DNA of 64,000 nucleotides from an uncultured Methanosarcinaceae archaeon (GCA_963847185.1 CAWJYV010000008.1:448001-512000); one strand, 5' to 3'. Shown: positions 1-12,032, numbered from the stretch's first letter. The notes: generated by a model not told the origin, from the letters alone. Program-made: numbers and translations.

Positions 1-789
1 CTTATTGTTGTATACTTCAATATCATTCATTGCAGGTGTTCCGTACTTCTGGATCTCGATTCCTGAGCCTCCAGAGCCTTCGGAAGTAATTGTGTTGTTG
101 TAGAACTTTGCATGGTTTGAATTGTATAGTCTCAGGCCGCTGTTTGTCCTGCAGCTTATCGTATTATTATAAGCCTCTATATTTGAACAGCTGCTGGCAT
201 AGAGGCAATCATGTCCAAGCCCATATATTGTGTTGTCGTAATACTCTATATCGGAGCAGCTATCTGTTTTCAGTCCGTCTCCATGATTGTTAGCCAGAGT
301 CATATCATACACACTTATGTTCTTGCAATAGCCCAGATGAATCAGATTGTAGTAACCTTTCCCGCTAATGACATTGGTATTTCCTTCTCTATTTCCATCA
401 ATTGAAAAACCCCGGATGGTAATATTACGGCTATTTAAGCTTCTTTCCATTATCAGGGGTTTTGAGACTTCCCAGTTTGCGTTTTTAACAAGCTTGATTG
501 TTGCATTAGAATCTCCCTCAAGCGTTGTATTGCTGCCGATAAGAAGAGTATCATTTATTGAGTATGTAAACGGGCCTTTGAGGTAGACAGTTGTGTAATT
601 CGGGTTTTCAGCTACTAATTGAAGAGCTTCATTAATCTGTATATGATCATCTATTCCATCACAGGTGAAATTCCCGCTTTCGTTCGCAGAAAGGTATATA
701 ATTGTCTCGGAAGCCATACAAAAAGCTAAAGGAGCATTAGCAAGAATAAGGAAACTTACAAAGAAAAAAATTTTTAATTTTCGATTCAA
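1..789 (-). CDS. Secreted right-handed beta-helix protein (disaggregatase-related type), 5' part; runs off window start
   Basis: Not in ORF track. Manual translation from TTG at 789 after AGGTGA RBS: MNRKLKIFFFVSFLILANAPLAFC...FTCDGIDDHIQINEALQLVAENPNYTTVYLKGPFTYSINDTLLIGSNTTLEGD...HGDGLK...GHDCLY...CRTNSGLRLYN; open to position 1. Confidence 0.8.
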   Translation of the reverse strand, partial: MNRKLKIFFFVSFLILANAPLAFCMASETIIYLSANESGNFTCDGIDDHIQINEALQLVAENPNYTTVYLKGPFTYSINDTLLIGSNTTLEGDSNATIKLVKNANWEVSKPLIMERSLNSRNITIRGFSIDGNREGNTNVISGKGYYNLIHLGYCKNISVYDMTLANNHGDGLKTDSCSDIEYYDNTIYGLGHDCLYASSCSNIEAYNNTISCRTNSGLRLYNSNHAKFYNNTITSEGSGGSGIEIQKYGTPAMNDIEVYNNK

Positions 790-1109
790 TGAACTATCAC
801 CTGTGAGATTTCTCAATGTCTTTTGATTATCTTTCTAAATATAATTTTTCAGTACGGTATTTAGTATCTGATAATTCTCTCATGTAATCTTATTTTTCCC
901 AGGTCATTCCTTTAATATGCTGAACTTCAAAATCTGTTAAATACGATTCATTGGAGTATTCACCAGGGAAAATTTGGGATGCATAAACAACTTTGAAGAG
1001 CCAGTATCTTGTGATATTCAAGAGAAATCAAGTTTTATCTCTCGATTTATCCTTCATCTGTCATTTATTTTTGTAATTGTTTTTGTCCTCTCCAGCTTGT
1101 CCCCTCTCA

Positions 1110-3499
1110 CTAACGAAAGAATTTCCCATTTTTGTACATTAATACTCCAAGCAGGCAGGCCACTCCATATCCTATCTCAAAGCCCGATGTACTCTTAATT
1201 CCTTCTTGCTCAGCTTCTAGCCCACTATTTTCTGTATTATACTGGTTATTTGTTCTACTGTCATGTTCGAGTCCAATTCCAGTCTTATTTTCTGTTTGAA
1301 TCTCTTTTCCTTTCCATGTTATAGCAAAAGAAGAGAATCCCGGGACGCTGGCAGTAAAATACAGATACTTGTTATCTTCTTTGAGCAGATTGATTGGAAG
1401 CTGTTTCCATTCTTTGTCGCTATACCTGTTCAGAGCAATTGAAGCCTGATCTATGCTATTATTTTGCAGCCAGGATTTTCCCACCTTAAAGCAGATTACT
1501 GGATCTTCGATATTCTTTGAGCTTTCAAATCTACCGTCTCCAATCCATACATTGAAAAACTTGTAAACATTATCAGAAGGCAGACTTGGAACCAGAGCTG
1601 ATTTTCCTTTTAGCATCTCAACAATCGCTATAGTTTCACCAGCGGTTTTTTTTGCGTCGAAGCTCACATATACGACACAGGTTGTATTCTTTACAAAGTT
1701 GAATTTTATGTTTTTTCCCTTTGTCACAAACGCTTCTGCTACTTCTTTTACTTCAATATTCTTTGCAGGTTCACGAGATATCCCTAAACTTCCACCACTG
1801 CTACTGTGAGTTCCTCCGTCTGTCTCTTCACCGGAGCTTTCGTTATCTTCAGAATTATTTCCACTTCCTCCTGTGACATTTATTGTACCGTATTTTGAAA
1901 CCGTGTCGTTCTCATTGATTGCAGTGAGGTTAACTGTATAATTTCCAGGGGCCGTGTAAACATAAACAATTGATTCTTCAAAAGAATCGCTGACTCCGTC
2001 ATTGTTAAAATCCCAGGTCCTTGAAGTTTCATTTTGGGAAAGGTCGGTAAACTGGACCGAAAGAGGTGCAGGGCCCTCAGTGATATTAGTACTAAAATTA
2101 GCTATGGGAATTACTTTTTCGAAAACAGTTATCGTGACAAGTTTTGAATCCGTGCCATTTTGATTTGTTACAGTCAGGTTAGCCGTATAATCTCGTGTTG
2201 CATAGTAGGTATGCACCGGATTTTTCTCGGTTGAACTATTTCCGTCTCCAAAGTCCCAACTTCTTATGTTTGCGTTTTGAGAAACATCAGTAAATCGAAC
2301 AGAAAGAGGGGCCTGGCCTATACTTATATTGGTGCTGAAATTTGCGGCAGGAAGCAAAGGCTCCAGCACTTGAGCAGTAACAAGAGGCAGATAGTCAATA
2401 TTCACTCCGTTGAGAGAATAATACGTTTCGGATATTCCATCTCCATTGGTATCTGTATGAGTCTGGGAAAAACCACTTGCTGAAGGCGTTGCCCAATAGT
2501 TCCCCCCAATATGGGGGCCGCCTATGATATTAGTTCCTGCGGTTCTGGTAGTATTCCAGATACATGGGGATCCATATCTTGAGGAGCTTCCTAATTTCGC
2601 GTTAACAATATTGTTGAAGTAATTGTTGTAAATAATGTTTGTACCGGTAGAATAGTCTTCATAACCTGTTTTTTTGTTCAAACTTATTGTATTGCCTTCA
2701 ATGGTATAGCCACCGCCACCATTTACACTAATACCTACATCGTTTTTTGTAATCGTATTTTTTTCTATCCTGGCTCTGTTCTCAATTAAGGTCGCATCCC
2801 CATTCCCCGTACTAATTCCGTTTGCACAGTTCGAGATTTCGTTTCCAGTTATTACGTTTTCAAAGCCTTCCAGATAGGTAATTCCATCCTGACAATCTGA
2901 AATTTCATTGTTACTGACGATATTTCCACTACCTTCTCTGAAGGTAATTCCATTCTGACAGTTTTGAATTTTATTGTTATTTACCGTATTTGTTAAGCCT
3001 TCAGATATGGTAATTCCATTTTCACAGTTTGAAATCTCATTGTTATTTACTGAATTTAATTTATTACCAGTCGGTATCTCAATGCCAGATATATAATTCA
3101 ATATTTTATTATTTTCAATCTTACACTTGCCTATTCTGTTGATAACTGCGACTCCGGTTGATTCGTCAGTGCCTTTTATAGTAAACCCTTAAAAGTGACA
3201 TTTGATGCCCAGATTGTAAGCCCTGATCCCTCTATTATCGTATCATCAGGATTCCCTGAGAGGGATATAATTCTAAGGTCATTGGTATACGTAGAAATCT
3301 GCTCTGCATAGGCTCCAGGTTCTACAATGATCGTATCCCCTGATTTTGAATTGTCCAGCGTAGTCTGTATTGACTCCCCTTTATGCACAATAAACTCGGT
3401 TGCAGCTGCCCCATTGCCTGCAATAGCTATACTAATTAAAAAAATTAATGTAAACAGTATTATTACATATCTTCTGCTTTCCACACTACAACCGTCCAA
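1110..3499 (-). CDS. Cell-surface protein: signal peptide, NosD/beta-helix repeats, 2 PKD domains, PGF-pre-PGF domain and PGF-CTERM-like anchor; split by a 1-nt frameshift near 3185
   Basis: ORFs 3176-3499 and 1110-3101 join if one T is restored in GGT TT(T) ACT ATA AAA GGC. Motifs GGNYW, WDFGDG, FFNVWIG, GFSSFAIT and C-terminal SGF + hydrophobic helix + basic tail. Confidence 0.85.
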
Positions 3500-3878
3500 A
3501 TAAAATATGTCTCAGTTTCGAAGTATAATTCATTATTCAAATGTAACTTTTTTTAGCTTCTATCTGATTATTTGTCAGACTATTTGTCAGACTATCAATT
3601 TTTGAAGTAATTTTCGGAATTATTTCGAGCCTGATTAAGCTATAAAGTAGATTTCTTTATTTCCAATCAAGCAAATAATAAATAATATTTTTCTACTGTT
3701 TTATCATCTTAACTACTTTATATTTTTTATTCCATCGGGCGATAAAGAGACGCATATTCTCAAAATTCATTAAAATTGGTTGCCTCAAATGCTTGGTTAT
3801 TGCCCTCGATTTTTCGGAGAAAGTCCAAAATTTTACTATTTTGTTAGTTCTATATATCGAAGGGAATCAATACCATTT

Positions 3879-5265
3879 ATGAACCCTAAACGCATTCAGG
3901 ACTCATAAATCGGGGAAACCGGGTGACGGGCCTATTGCTTATTGGATGAGTCGCGACCAGCGGGCGGAAGATAACTGGGCTTTGCTTTTCGCCCGGGGAT
4001 TGGCGATGGAGGCTGGTGTGCCTTTAGCTGTGGTTTTTTGTCTGTCTGACGGGTTTTTAGGAGCAATAAGAAGACATTACGAGTTCATGCTCAAGGGACT
4101 ACAGGAAGTTGCCAGATCCCTTGCCCTGAAAAAAATTCCTTTCTTTTTCCTGCAAGGAGATCCCGGAATGAAAATTCCTGAGTTTGTGAGGGAGTATGGG
4201 ATTGGTACTCTAGTTACTGATTTTAGCCCGCTCAGGGTTAAAAAGGCGTGGACAGAAAAAGTTGTGTCAGGTATTGAAATTCCCTTTTTTGAGGTGGACG
4301 CTCATAATGTCGTTCCCTGCTGGGAAGTCTCTCAAAAGGAAGAATATGCTGCCCATACATTCCGCCCTAAACTCTACAGGCTCCTTCCGGAGTTTCTTGA
4401 TGAGTATCCGGAACTTGAAGCAGGGCTCGAATTTCCTGAGATTTCTTCCAGTTCAGGCAAGCTGGAGAATTGTACAAAAATACAGGAAATCGAAATCGAA
4501 AAACTTTTTCCTGCCGATCTCCCTGAGGAAAATCCAGATTTTTTCTACGGGCAGGAACATTTTGAGCCTGGAGAAAAAGCTGCTTTAAAAATAATGAATA
4601 ACTTTCTTGCTGAGAAGCTTGACTCCTACTTCTCTCTTCGAAACGACCCTACAAAAGATGGAGTATCCAACCTTTCCCCTTATCTTCATTTCGGGCAAAT
4701 TTCAGCCCAGAGGGTCATACTTGAAGTGGAAAAGGCAAAAGCTGATCCTGAATCAAAGAAAGCTTTTCTGGACGAAATTCTTGTTTGGAAAGAGCTTTCT
4801 GATAATTTCTGTTATTATAATCCTTTCTATGATAGTTTTGAAAGTTTCCCTGCATGGGCAAAGCAATCTTTGAATGCTCACAGACAGGATCGGAGAGAAT
4901 TCCTGTACACTCTCGAAGAATTCGAATCCGGAAAAACACATGACCCTCTCTGGAATGCGAGCCAGATGGAGCTTCTTAGAAAAGGGAAAATGCATGGATA
5001 TATGCGGATGTACTGGGCCAAGAAAATTCTCGAATGGAGCGAATCTCCAGAAAAAGCGCTTGAGATTGCAATTTACCTGAATGACAAATATGAGTTTGAT
5101 GGGAGAGATCCTAATGGGTACGCAGGAATTGCCTGGAGTATCGGAGGAGTTCATGATAGAGCCTGGAAGGAAAGAGAGATTACCGGAAAGCTCAGATATA
5201 TGAGTTATGAGGGTTGCAAAAGAAAATTCGACGTTAATGCATATATTGTAAAATACTTAGCATAA
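3879..5265 (+). CDS. phrB: Class II CPD DNA photolyase (apparent +1 frameshift near 3895)
   Basis: Motifs [50 protein letters not shown]. The expected N-terminus MNPKRIRT..GPIAYW is recovered from ATG 3879 by removing one base. Confidence 0.92.
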
Positions 5266-5434
5266 TTTGTCTGCTATTATTTTCGTTTTAATTAATTTTA
5301 GGACTCTACATTGTAATAAATTTCTAACACCTTAACCCTGATATAGGATTTGTTTTGAAAAAAGCTAGGCAGGTCTTATAGATTCTGCCTGTCCATTATC
5401 AAACTAGGGGATTATCTCTCCTGCTGACGAGTGT

Positions 5435-5803
5435 TTAAATATTACCAAATGCGCCATGTACTAAATATATAGAAAGTACATAAAAAATTAAGTTTATAAA
5501 AATTTTGCCAGCTTTATAATCAGAAAGAGCTTGATATTCGTTTTCATATAGCTCAACGTATAATCTATAGGCTATTGATTTTCGATTCCAACTATCAATA
5601 AACATACAACATGCTCCTACTAGCATGATAGAGAAGCTAGCTTTTGTTGCTAAATTAAAAACAACTGGATAACTCTTTATTATTAAGTAAGTAAGTATAA
5701 AGCCATTCATACCTATAAAATATTTATAATATTCATCTAATGAAAAACAGCGTAGATTCATGATTTCACACCGTATGATATCCTTTAACAATGATTCATC
5801 CAA
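5435..5803 (-). CDS. Hypothetical AT-rich membrane protein
   Basis: 122-aa ORF with about 3 hydrophobic segments in a low-GC stretch; no recognisable family. Confidence 0.35.
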   Translation of the reverse strand: MDESLLKDIIRCEIMNLRCFSLDEYYKYFIGMNGFILTYLIIKSYPVVFNLATKASFSIMLVGACCMFIDSWNRKSIAYRLYVELYENEYQALSDYKAGKIFINLIFYVLSIYLVHGAFGNI

Positions 5804-6774
5804 AAACCAATCCTGGTTTTACATCCGTAAGATTTTGATAATCTTTTCATTATCAGAAACTCAATTGGTCATTTGGAATTTGAGAATCATGGGATTAAAT
5901 TTTAATCTTGGGGGTCAGCTCAATATTAAAAATTAAGATGAATATTAACTTAATGCTCTAATACTAATTTTGTTTTCCTGCTGATTGGTAGGTTTGAATG
6001 CTAGTCTATCTAAAGAAATAAATCCTATTTAAGCTCCGCTTCTATAGGAAGGTGTAAGCACTTCTATCATTCAGGAAAAACATAAATTTAAATTCTAATA
6101 AGCTTGCATATGGATCAAGATGATGAGGCAGATACTCAGACAAAGACTAGATGTACGTTTACTAAGATAAACAATAATTGAACTTAATTTACTCGGATGG
6201 ACAAAGATTATTTTTGCTAGGGTAGAGTGTAGACTCAAAAGTTACATTTTATAAAAAATAGTTATCATACTTATAAGAACAAACATAAAGAATAAGTTAA
6301 TCTTTCAAAAAGTAACAATTTTATTTTTTTAATAAGAAAATTAATACGCAGGCGGAAAAACCTGCTTTTAATTGGTCAACTTTTACGGATGGTTTCCATT
6401 CCGTAAAGGTATGTAATGCCAAAATATAACTCTTTACAGTGTTCAGTCCTTCGTTAATGTGTCTAACTACTCAATAATTAGAGTACTTATATTCAGATTC
6501 AGCTGCTTTAGTGAATGTCATTCGTTATGTAATGTCTCCAAAAAATTACTCCAATTATCTTAAAATATCCGATTTAGAGAGTTGTTCTGAAAAATGAAAA
6601 GTTCCTGTGCTAAAACAGCTATTTGTTGGCTTATTTTCTGTTTTCTTTCTTTAATTACTCTTATTTTTTCTATTAGTCATCTATAAATATAAGTATCTCT
6701 AATTTAATATTATTGTTTTTATATTTCTCAATCATATAAATATATAGGCATAAAACCTAAGGGGAGTGACAGTT

Positions 6775-7203
6775 ATGGCAGTAAGAAATCCTGTAGATTT
6801 AATTGTATTTATACTTGTAATAGTAGGTGGATTAAATTGGGGGCTTGTCGGGTTCTTTAACTATGACCTTGTAGCAGCTATATTTGGAGCCATGAGCACC
6901 CTTTCGAGAATAATATATATACTAGTTGGACTTGCGGCACTTTATATGGTATATTATATTTCTCGGAGTGGTGAAAGAAATCCTGTAGACTTGATTGCAC
7001 TTCTACTTGTTATAGTAGGCGGGTTAAATTGGGGACTTATCGGTCTCTTTAACTTTGATCTTGTAGCTGCTATATTTGGGGCCATGAGCACCCTTTCGAG
7101 AATAGTATATATACTCGTTGGACTTGCAGCAGTTTACGCGCTATATTATACTGTTCGGAGTGGTGAAAGGCATCCTGTTACGAGTGGTGAAAGGCACGTT
7201 TAA
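6775..7203 (+). CDS. Tandem DUF378 membrane protein (two copies of the domain)
   Basis: LVIVGGLNWGL.G.FN.DLVAAIFG...LSRI.YILVGLAA occurs twice with 192-bp period; GGGGAG RBS. Confidence 0.88.
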   Translation: MAVRNPVDLIVFILVIVGGLNWGLVGFFNYDLVAAIFGAMSTLSRIIYILVGLAALYMVYYISRSGERNPVDLIALLLVIVGGLNWGLIGLFNFDLVAAIFGAMSTLSRIVYILVGLAAVYALYYTVRSGERHPVTSGERHV

Positions 7204-7397
7204 AGTGAAAAGTGACAAAAATAAACTGCAGAGCAATATTAAATAATAGATTGTCTGAAGAGTTTCCTGGTTTAAGGGCTATTGAAGCCAGTAATATCAA
7301 CCAGTTAAATCTATTTCACACACTGATTTAAAATTCCGGATATTTATATCCGTTCTTTTTTATTTTAATATCTTACTTAATAGTCTCTATGGGCTTT

Positions 7398-7877
7398 TTA
7401 TTCCTTCAATGACCTTAGTTCCGAAAGTATTTTCTCAGCATGTCCGGCAGCTCTTACATTATCCCATATTCTGGTTATTTTTCCTTCAGGGTTTATGAGA
7501 AATGTTGTTCTGGCAGCACTTATAACTTCTTTACCTCTGAAATGCTTTGGGTGCAGGACATCGTATCTTCTGTGAACATCTGCCTGATCATCGGATAGCA
7601 ATTTGATTTTAAGTTCTTTCTTATTGATAAATCGCTGGTGAGACTCTACACTATCCCTGCTAACTCCGATAATCACTGCATTTTCAGCCTCAAAATCTTT
7701 TCTCAAACAACTGAAGTTTTTTGCTTCAAGGCTGCATCCAGGTGTGTTATCTCTTGGATAAAAATAAAGGACTACCCATTTTCCTCTCAGGTCTTTAAGG
7801 CATGTCTGATTCCTATCCTGGTCGAAAAGACAGAAATCAGGAGCATACTGTCCCATTTCCAGTGAAGTTTTTGTCAT
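7398..7877 (-). CDS. bcp: Peroxiredoxin, BCP/PrxQ family
   Basis: YFYPRDNTPGCSLEA peroxidatic motif; RTTFLI; GHAE. Confidence 0.92.
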   Translation of the reverse strand: MTKTSLEMGQYAPDFCLFDQDRNQTCLKDLRGKWVVLYFYPRDNTPGCSLEAKNFSCLRKDFEAENAVIIGVSRDSVESHQRFINKKELKIKLLSDDQADVHRRYDVLHPKHFRGKEVISAARTTFLINPEGKITRIWDNVRAAGHAEKILSELRSLKE

Positions 7878-8024
7878 GGTTTTTCCCCTTACAATTCATA
7901 TCGTATCAATAAAGTTACTAAATAATTATATTAAAAAGTATATAACATCATCTTATCATTTTAATTATATTTTTCAAGTTTATTTTTTAAGTTTATTTTC
8001 TATTTTTTCAGTTCCTTAAACTCA

Positions 8025-9023
8025 TTATTTACGTTTCCAGGGCAGTACTGCAGCTTCAAATGCAAGAAGAGGTCCCACAAACCATCCTGCCCAGAAAAAA
8101 AGACCTGCTATTCCAAGGCCGAAGAAGTAAAAGCGTTTTCTTGTTGATCTGGCATTATAATCCTTTTCCAGACTTAGAACCAGTGCAGTGATTCCAAGTC
8201 CTAGATTTGCCAGAACCAGAAAGAGAGTAATAAAAACTTCTGGAGAATATGAAGTTTTATTCAATGAAATAAGCATCTGGAGAATCAATGATATCCCTGT
8301 ACCCAGAAAAAAGAGACCCGCAAGAATTCCGGAGATATGTGCAGGATTGAAACTCGCTATTATCTCCTTCTTGAAAAATATTGCCAGAAGCCCGACTAAA
8401 AGAGTTAATCCTAATGGACTGAAGATCAAAAGCAGGCTCTGTCCCTCCCATTGGTAAATCTTTATCTGGTTCAGAGGTATGGATATCCATTCTGTCAGAG
8501 TAAATGTTTCTTCATACCCTATAATTATCCCGTAGTTCCCTTTTTCCTGTCCATAACCGACTACAAGGTAATATTTTCCACTTTCAGGGGCTTTTAGATC
8601 GGATGTAGCAAGAGAATAAAAGGCACTTGGGGTAAATCCTTCATACACAGGTTTCTCAGGCAATTTACTGGAATAAACTTTCGCTCCATACCCTTCGGGC
8701 ACTTTCACCGCCTTCGGGATTTTCCCTTCTTCTGTAAGGCCAGGTCCCATAAGTATCATATCAGGAGTAAAACCTGCGTTACCATCTTCAACAGGAACAA
8801 TCAACCCCAGTGCAATCCTTTCTCCCTTCTTCACTTCAAAGCTGTAGTATCGAAGATTTTCGGAAGTGAGCTGCCCGTAAAAAACCGTGGATTTCTCAGG
8901 ATCTTCAACTTGAATTGCTGTGTCAAGGCTTTTGCCATCCCCTCCAAAAACCGGTACATGGGCAAATACAGGAGTGAGCAGAAAGTTTATGGCTATAAGT
9001 AGAATCAGAAAAATACCGAACAT
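8025..9023 (-). CDS. Conserved hypothetical membrane protein (signal peptide, soluble domain, 4-5 C-terminal TM helices)
   Basis: 332-aa ORF, GGTGGGG RBS, AHVP after signal peptide, hydrophobic C-terminus. Confidence 0.75.
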   Translation of the reverse strand: MFGIFLILLIAINFLLTPVFAHVPVFGGDGKSLDTAIQVEDPEKSTVFYGQLTSENLRYYSFEVKKGERIALGLIVPVEDGNAGFTPDMILMGPGLTEEGKIPKAVKVPEGYGAKVYSSKLPEKPVYEGFTPSAFYSLATSDLKAPESGKYYLVVGYGQEKGNYGIIIGYEETFTLTEWISIPLNQIKIYQWEGQSLLLIFSPLGLTLLVGLLAIFFKKEIIASFNPAHISGILAGLFFLGTGISLILQMLISLNKTSYSPEVFITLFLVLANLGLGITALVLSLEKDYNARSTRKRFYFFGLGIAGLFFWAGWFVGPLLAFEAAVLPWKRK

Positions 9024-9178
9024 CTAAATCCCCACCTTCTCATGACTATATTTTCTCGGGCAGTGGGTAAATAAGTATCAGAACAAAAAAACAACGATAG
9101 AATTTTGAACTTAATTCCATATTTAGAAACTCATTCTCTTCCCGAAAGCCCTTTGTGAAATAGGCTCAGATAACCCTT

Positions 9179-9508
9179 ATGAGAATCTGGGATATATTTC
9201 CTGAGAATATGTGCAGACAGCATCTTCTGGGGGAACATCGCGAACTGCACGCTCTCTGGTCTATAATCATCAATGACAAAAAGGCATACGCCCACCATCC
9301 CGAAACCCTTCGCTGGAAGGGAAAGCTGAAAGCTCTTTACCTGAGGCATGAAGCTCTTGTCCACGAAATGACAGAGCGCGGGTATAAGCATCATACTCCT
9401 CTCGATCCTGCTCTTGCGACAGGAGAAGCTATTCAGGATAAGCTTGTGACTTCCTACGAAGAGCAGGTTCGAATCCTGAAAGAAAGAGGATGCGGGTGCA
9501 AGGTTTGA
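9179..9508 (+). CDS. Pyrimidine dimer DNA glycosylase / T4 endonuclease V-like protein
   Basis: MRIWD...CRQHLLGEHRELHALW, HPETLRW, RHEALVHEMTERGYKH motifs. Confidence 0.8.
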   Translation: MRIWDIFPENMCRQHLLGEHRELHALWSIIINDKKAYAHHPETLRWKGKLKALYLRHEALVHEMTERGYKHHTPLDPALATGEAIQDKLVTSYEEQVRILKERGCGCKV

Positions 9509-10181
9509 ATTGGACTTTTTCAGGGAAATTCTGATTCAGCTTTCCTGTAAAGCGATTCTTTGTCCTCAGCTGACAATATCTTCTCAATCATTAAAGTACA
9601 AAATACGGGATCAATGCCATAGAGCCTGCTGTCATTGAGAGCTTTGCCTTCAGAATTATTTCACTTCCAGTTTTCTGTATCAGTTTTCTCTGTTTTCTTA
9701 TTTTTAATCTTCAAAAATCCTGATGAAATAAAAATAACTATCCTTTCGATATCCCCCTTGTTTGTTCAGATATGCTTTTTTGAGATCTTATCTACCTAAA
9801 ACATGGATTCTCTACCTGTAAATATCGGTAATTTTATGTATAAGCCTCTAATTAAAGAAATACAATCATCAAAAGTGATGTAATTCTAAATTTGCTTCGT
9901 AGCAGAAAGGGAAAACCGAAGATTCAGTACTTTCAACGGTTCAGAACTCTGATCTCATCTTAGAATATTAATTTTTAATGTAAGTTTGTAGCGTTAGTTA
10001 CTCTATACTCTATTTTCTATGAATCGCGGAATTTTCTCTGTCTGCCAAAATAACAAGCTTGCAATATGGAGGCACTTCGAGTTTGTAAAATGATGTAAGA
10101 TATAGGGTTGAATTTACATGTTGACTTTGATTCTTACATCGCTTCTAAAACTGAATTTATTAAAGGAAAGGAAGTGAAAGG

Positions 10182-10508
10182 TTGACAGATAAAATCGATA
10201 TGGATAAAAGGTTAGGAAGTATGGCTGCACAACTTCCAGGAGTGATGGCTGCACTCGCTGAGCTTAATTCTGAAGTTGTTAAGGATGGTGCTTTAAGTGC
10301 CAGAACAAAAGAACTCATAATGGTGGGAATATCAGTAGCTCTGCGCTGTGAAAACTGCATTTCGAAACATGTTTCTGAAGCTGTTAGATTGGGAGCGACC
10401 CGTGAAGAGATTATGGAAGCTGTCAGCACAGCCATACTTATGGCTGGTGGGCCCGGAGCAGCTTACGGGGGAATTGCTGTTAAAATTCTGGATGAGCTGA
10501 ATATTTAA
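10182..10508 (+). CDS. Carboxymuconolactone decarboxylase / AhpD-like protein
   Basis: GALSARTKELI...ALRCENCISKH...GATREEIMEA motif with CxxC. Confidence 0.9.
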   Translation: MTDKIDMDKRLGSMAAQLPGVMAALAELNSEVVKDGALSARTKELIMVGISVALRCENCISKHVSEAVRLGATREEIMEAVSTAILMAGGPGAAYGGIAVKILDELNI

Positions 10509-10670
10509 ATGGAATATCTTTGTACCCTCTGGCAAGTGATTCTAAAAATTTTTTGAGCCAAAATACTTCCAGCTGTATTTTCTTGATGGCTGATGCCCAA
10601 AATGGTTTCATATTTGAAGCCAATAAATAACATAATACTTCTTTTTCTCAGTATCTCAGTTGTGGTGTTT

Positions 10671-12032
10671 ATGATGGGTAGCTCAGAACCTTATTTCAAT
10701 CCGGAAATCGAAACCATGGACAGAGGGGAACTTGACGCTCTCATAGAGGAGAGGGTGAGGTACACAGTAAAATATGCGGCGGAAAACTCCCTTTTCTATA
10801 GAAAATGGTTTGAAAAGCACAAAATAGGCCCCTCCGAAATAAAGACTCACGAGGATCTTCTGGACCTTCCTATTGTCTCAGGAAAAACAATTCGGGAAAA
10901 CCAACCTCCTGAAGTAAACGAATTTATGTTCAGGAGTGTAGGTTGGGAGGATGTTTTTACCATTCATGAGACAAGTGGAACCAGCGGAACTCCCAAAAGC
11001 TTTTTCCTTACGTGGGAAGATTGGGAACGTTACGCAGAAAAATACGCCCGAATTTTCAGGTCTCAGGGTTTTGGTCCAGGAGACAGAGTCGTTGTCTGTG
11101 CCTCTTACGGAATGAATATTGGGGCAAACACCATGACTCTTGCAGCCAGACAGATTGGCATGAGCATTATCCCTGAGGGCAAATGCACTTTTCCCCTGCG
11201 CGTTATTGAGGCATACAGGCCAACGGGCGTAGTTGGAAGTGTATTCAAACTTCTGAACCTTGCAAGAAGGATGGAATCAGAAGGGATTAATCCCCAGGAA
11301 TCAGGGGTAAATAAGCTGGTCGTTGGAGGAGAAGCTTTTGCTGACGAGTCCAGAGATTACCTTTCTGAAGTATGGGGCTGTCCCGTGTACAATACCTATG
11401 GGAGTACAGAAGGAACTATGTGCGGAGAATGTGATGAGATTTCAGGTCTGCATGTGCCGGAGGATTTTGTTCATCTTGATGTTTACGATCCGCATCTGGA
11501 TAATTTCGTGCCTGAAGGAGAATGCGGAAGAGTTATTCTCAGCACTCTCTTGCCTGTTGGGGCAAAAGCAGGGACTCTCCTTTTGAATTATGATACCGAA
11601 GACACCACTGTCGTGCTTACGCGCAAACCATGTCCCTGTGGAAGAACCCACATGAAAATAATGACTCCCCAGCGAGAGGCAGAAACAGTATGGGTTGAAA
11701 ACACTCCCTTTAACCGTGTTGATGTGGAAAGGGGTGTTTTTCAGCGCGAAAACATGGATTATTTAACCGGAGAGTATGAAGCTTTCCTTTACGGAGGGGA
11801 AGACGAGGGAGAAACTTTACTGAGAGTCAGTATGGAATGCAAAAATCCTGAAACCTGCGATAGAGACCTTATAAAAGAAAATTTTCTCAGGGCATTCTTA
11901 AGGTATAAGCCTATCCTTTCCCGGGCTTATGGAGAAGGTACCTTTAAAATCATCTTCAATTTCACAGGCCCTATGGAACTCGAGTTAAACATGATCAAAG
12001 GCAGGCCTAAAAGGCTCGTAGATCGAAGATAA
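10671..12032 (+). CDS. ftsA: Coenzyme F390 synthetase (adenylate-forming, PaaK-like)
   Basis: HETSGTSGTPK, YGSTEG, YDTED and GRPKRLVDRR; start refined to ATG 10671. Confidence 0.88.
   Translation: MMGSSEPYFNPEIETMDRGELDALIEERVRYTVKYAAENSLFYRKWFEKHKIGPSEIKTHEDLLDLPIVSGKTIRENQPPEVNEFMFRSVGWEDVFTIHETSGTSGTPKSFFLTWEDWERYAEKYARIFRSQGFGPGDRVVVCASYGMNIGANTMTLAARQIGMSIIPEGKCTFPLRVIEAYRPTGVVGSVFKLLNLARRMESEGINPQESGVNKLVVGGEAFADESRDYLSEVWGCPVYNTYGSTEGTMCGECDEISGLHVPEDFVHLDVYDPHLDNFVPEGECGRVILSTLLPVGAKAGTLLLNYDTEDTTVVLTRKPCPCGRTHMKIMTPQREAETVWVENTPFNRVDVERGVFQRENMDYLTGEYEAFLYGGEDEGETLLRVSMECKNPETCDRDLIKENFLRAFLRYKPILSRAYGEGTFKIIFNFTGPMELELNMIKGRPKRLVDRR

Noticed and set aside
1105-1115. Pyrrolysine (TAG) readthrough at the end of the surface protein
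   Set aside because: TAG is immediately followed by in-frame TGA; no split gene joined by a TAG was noticed elsewhere in the window.
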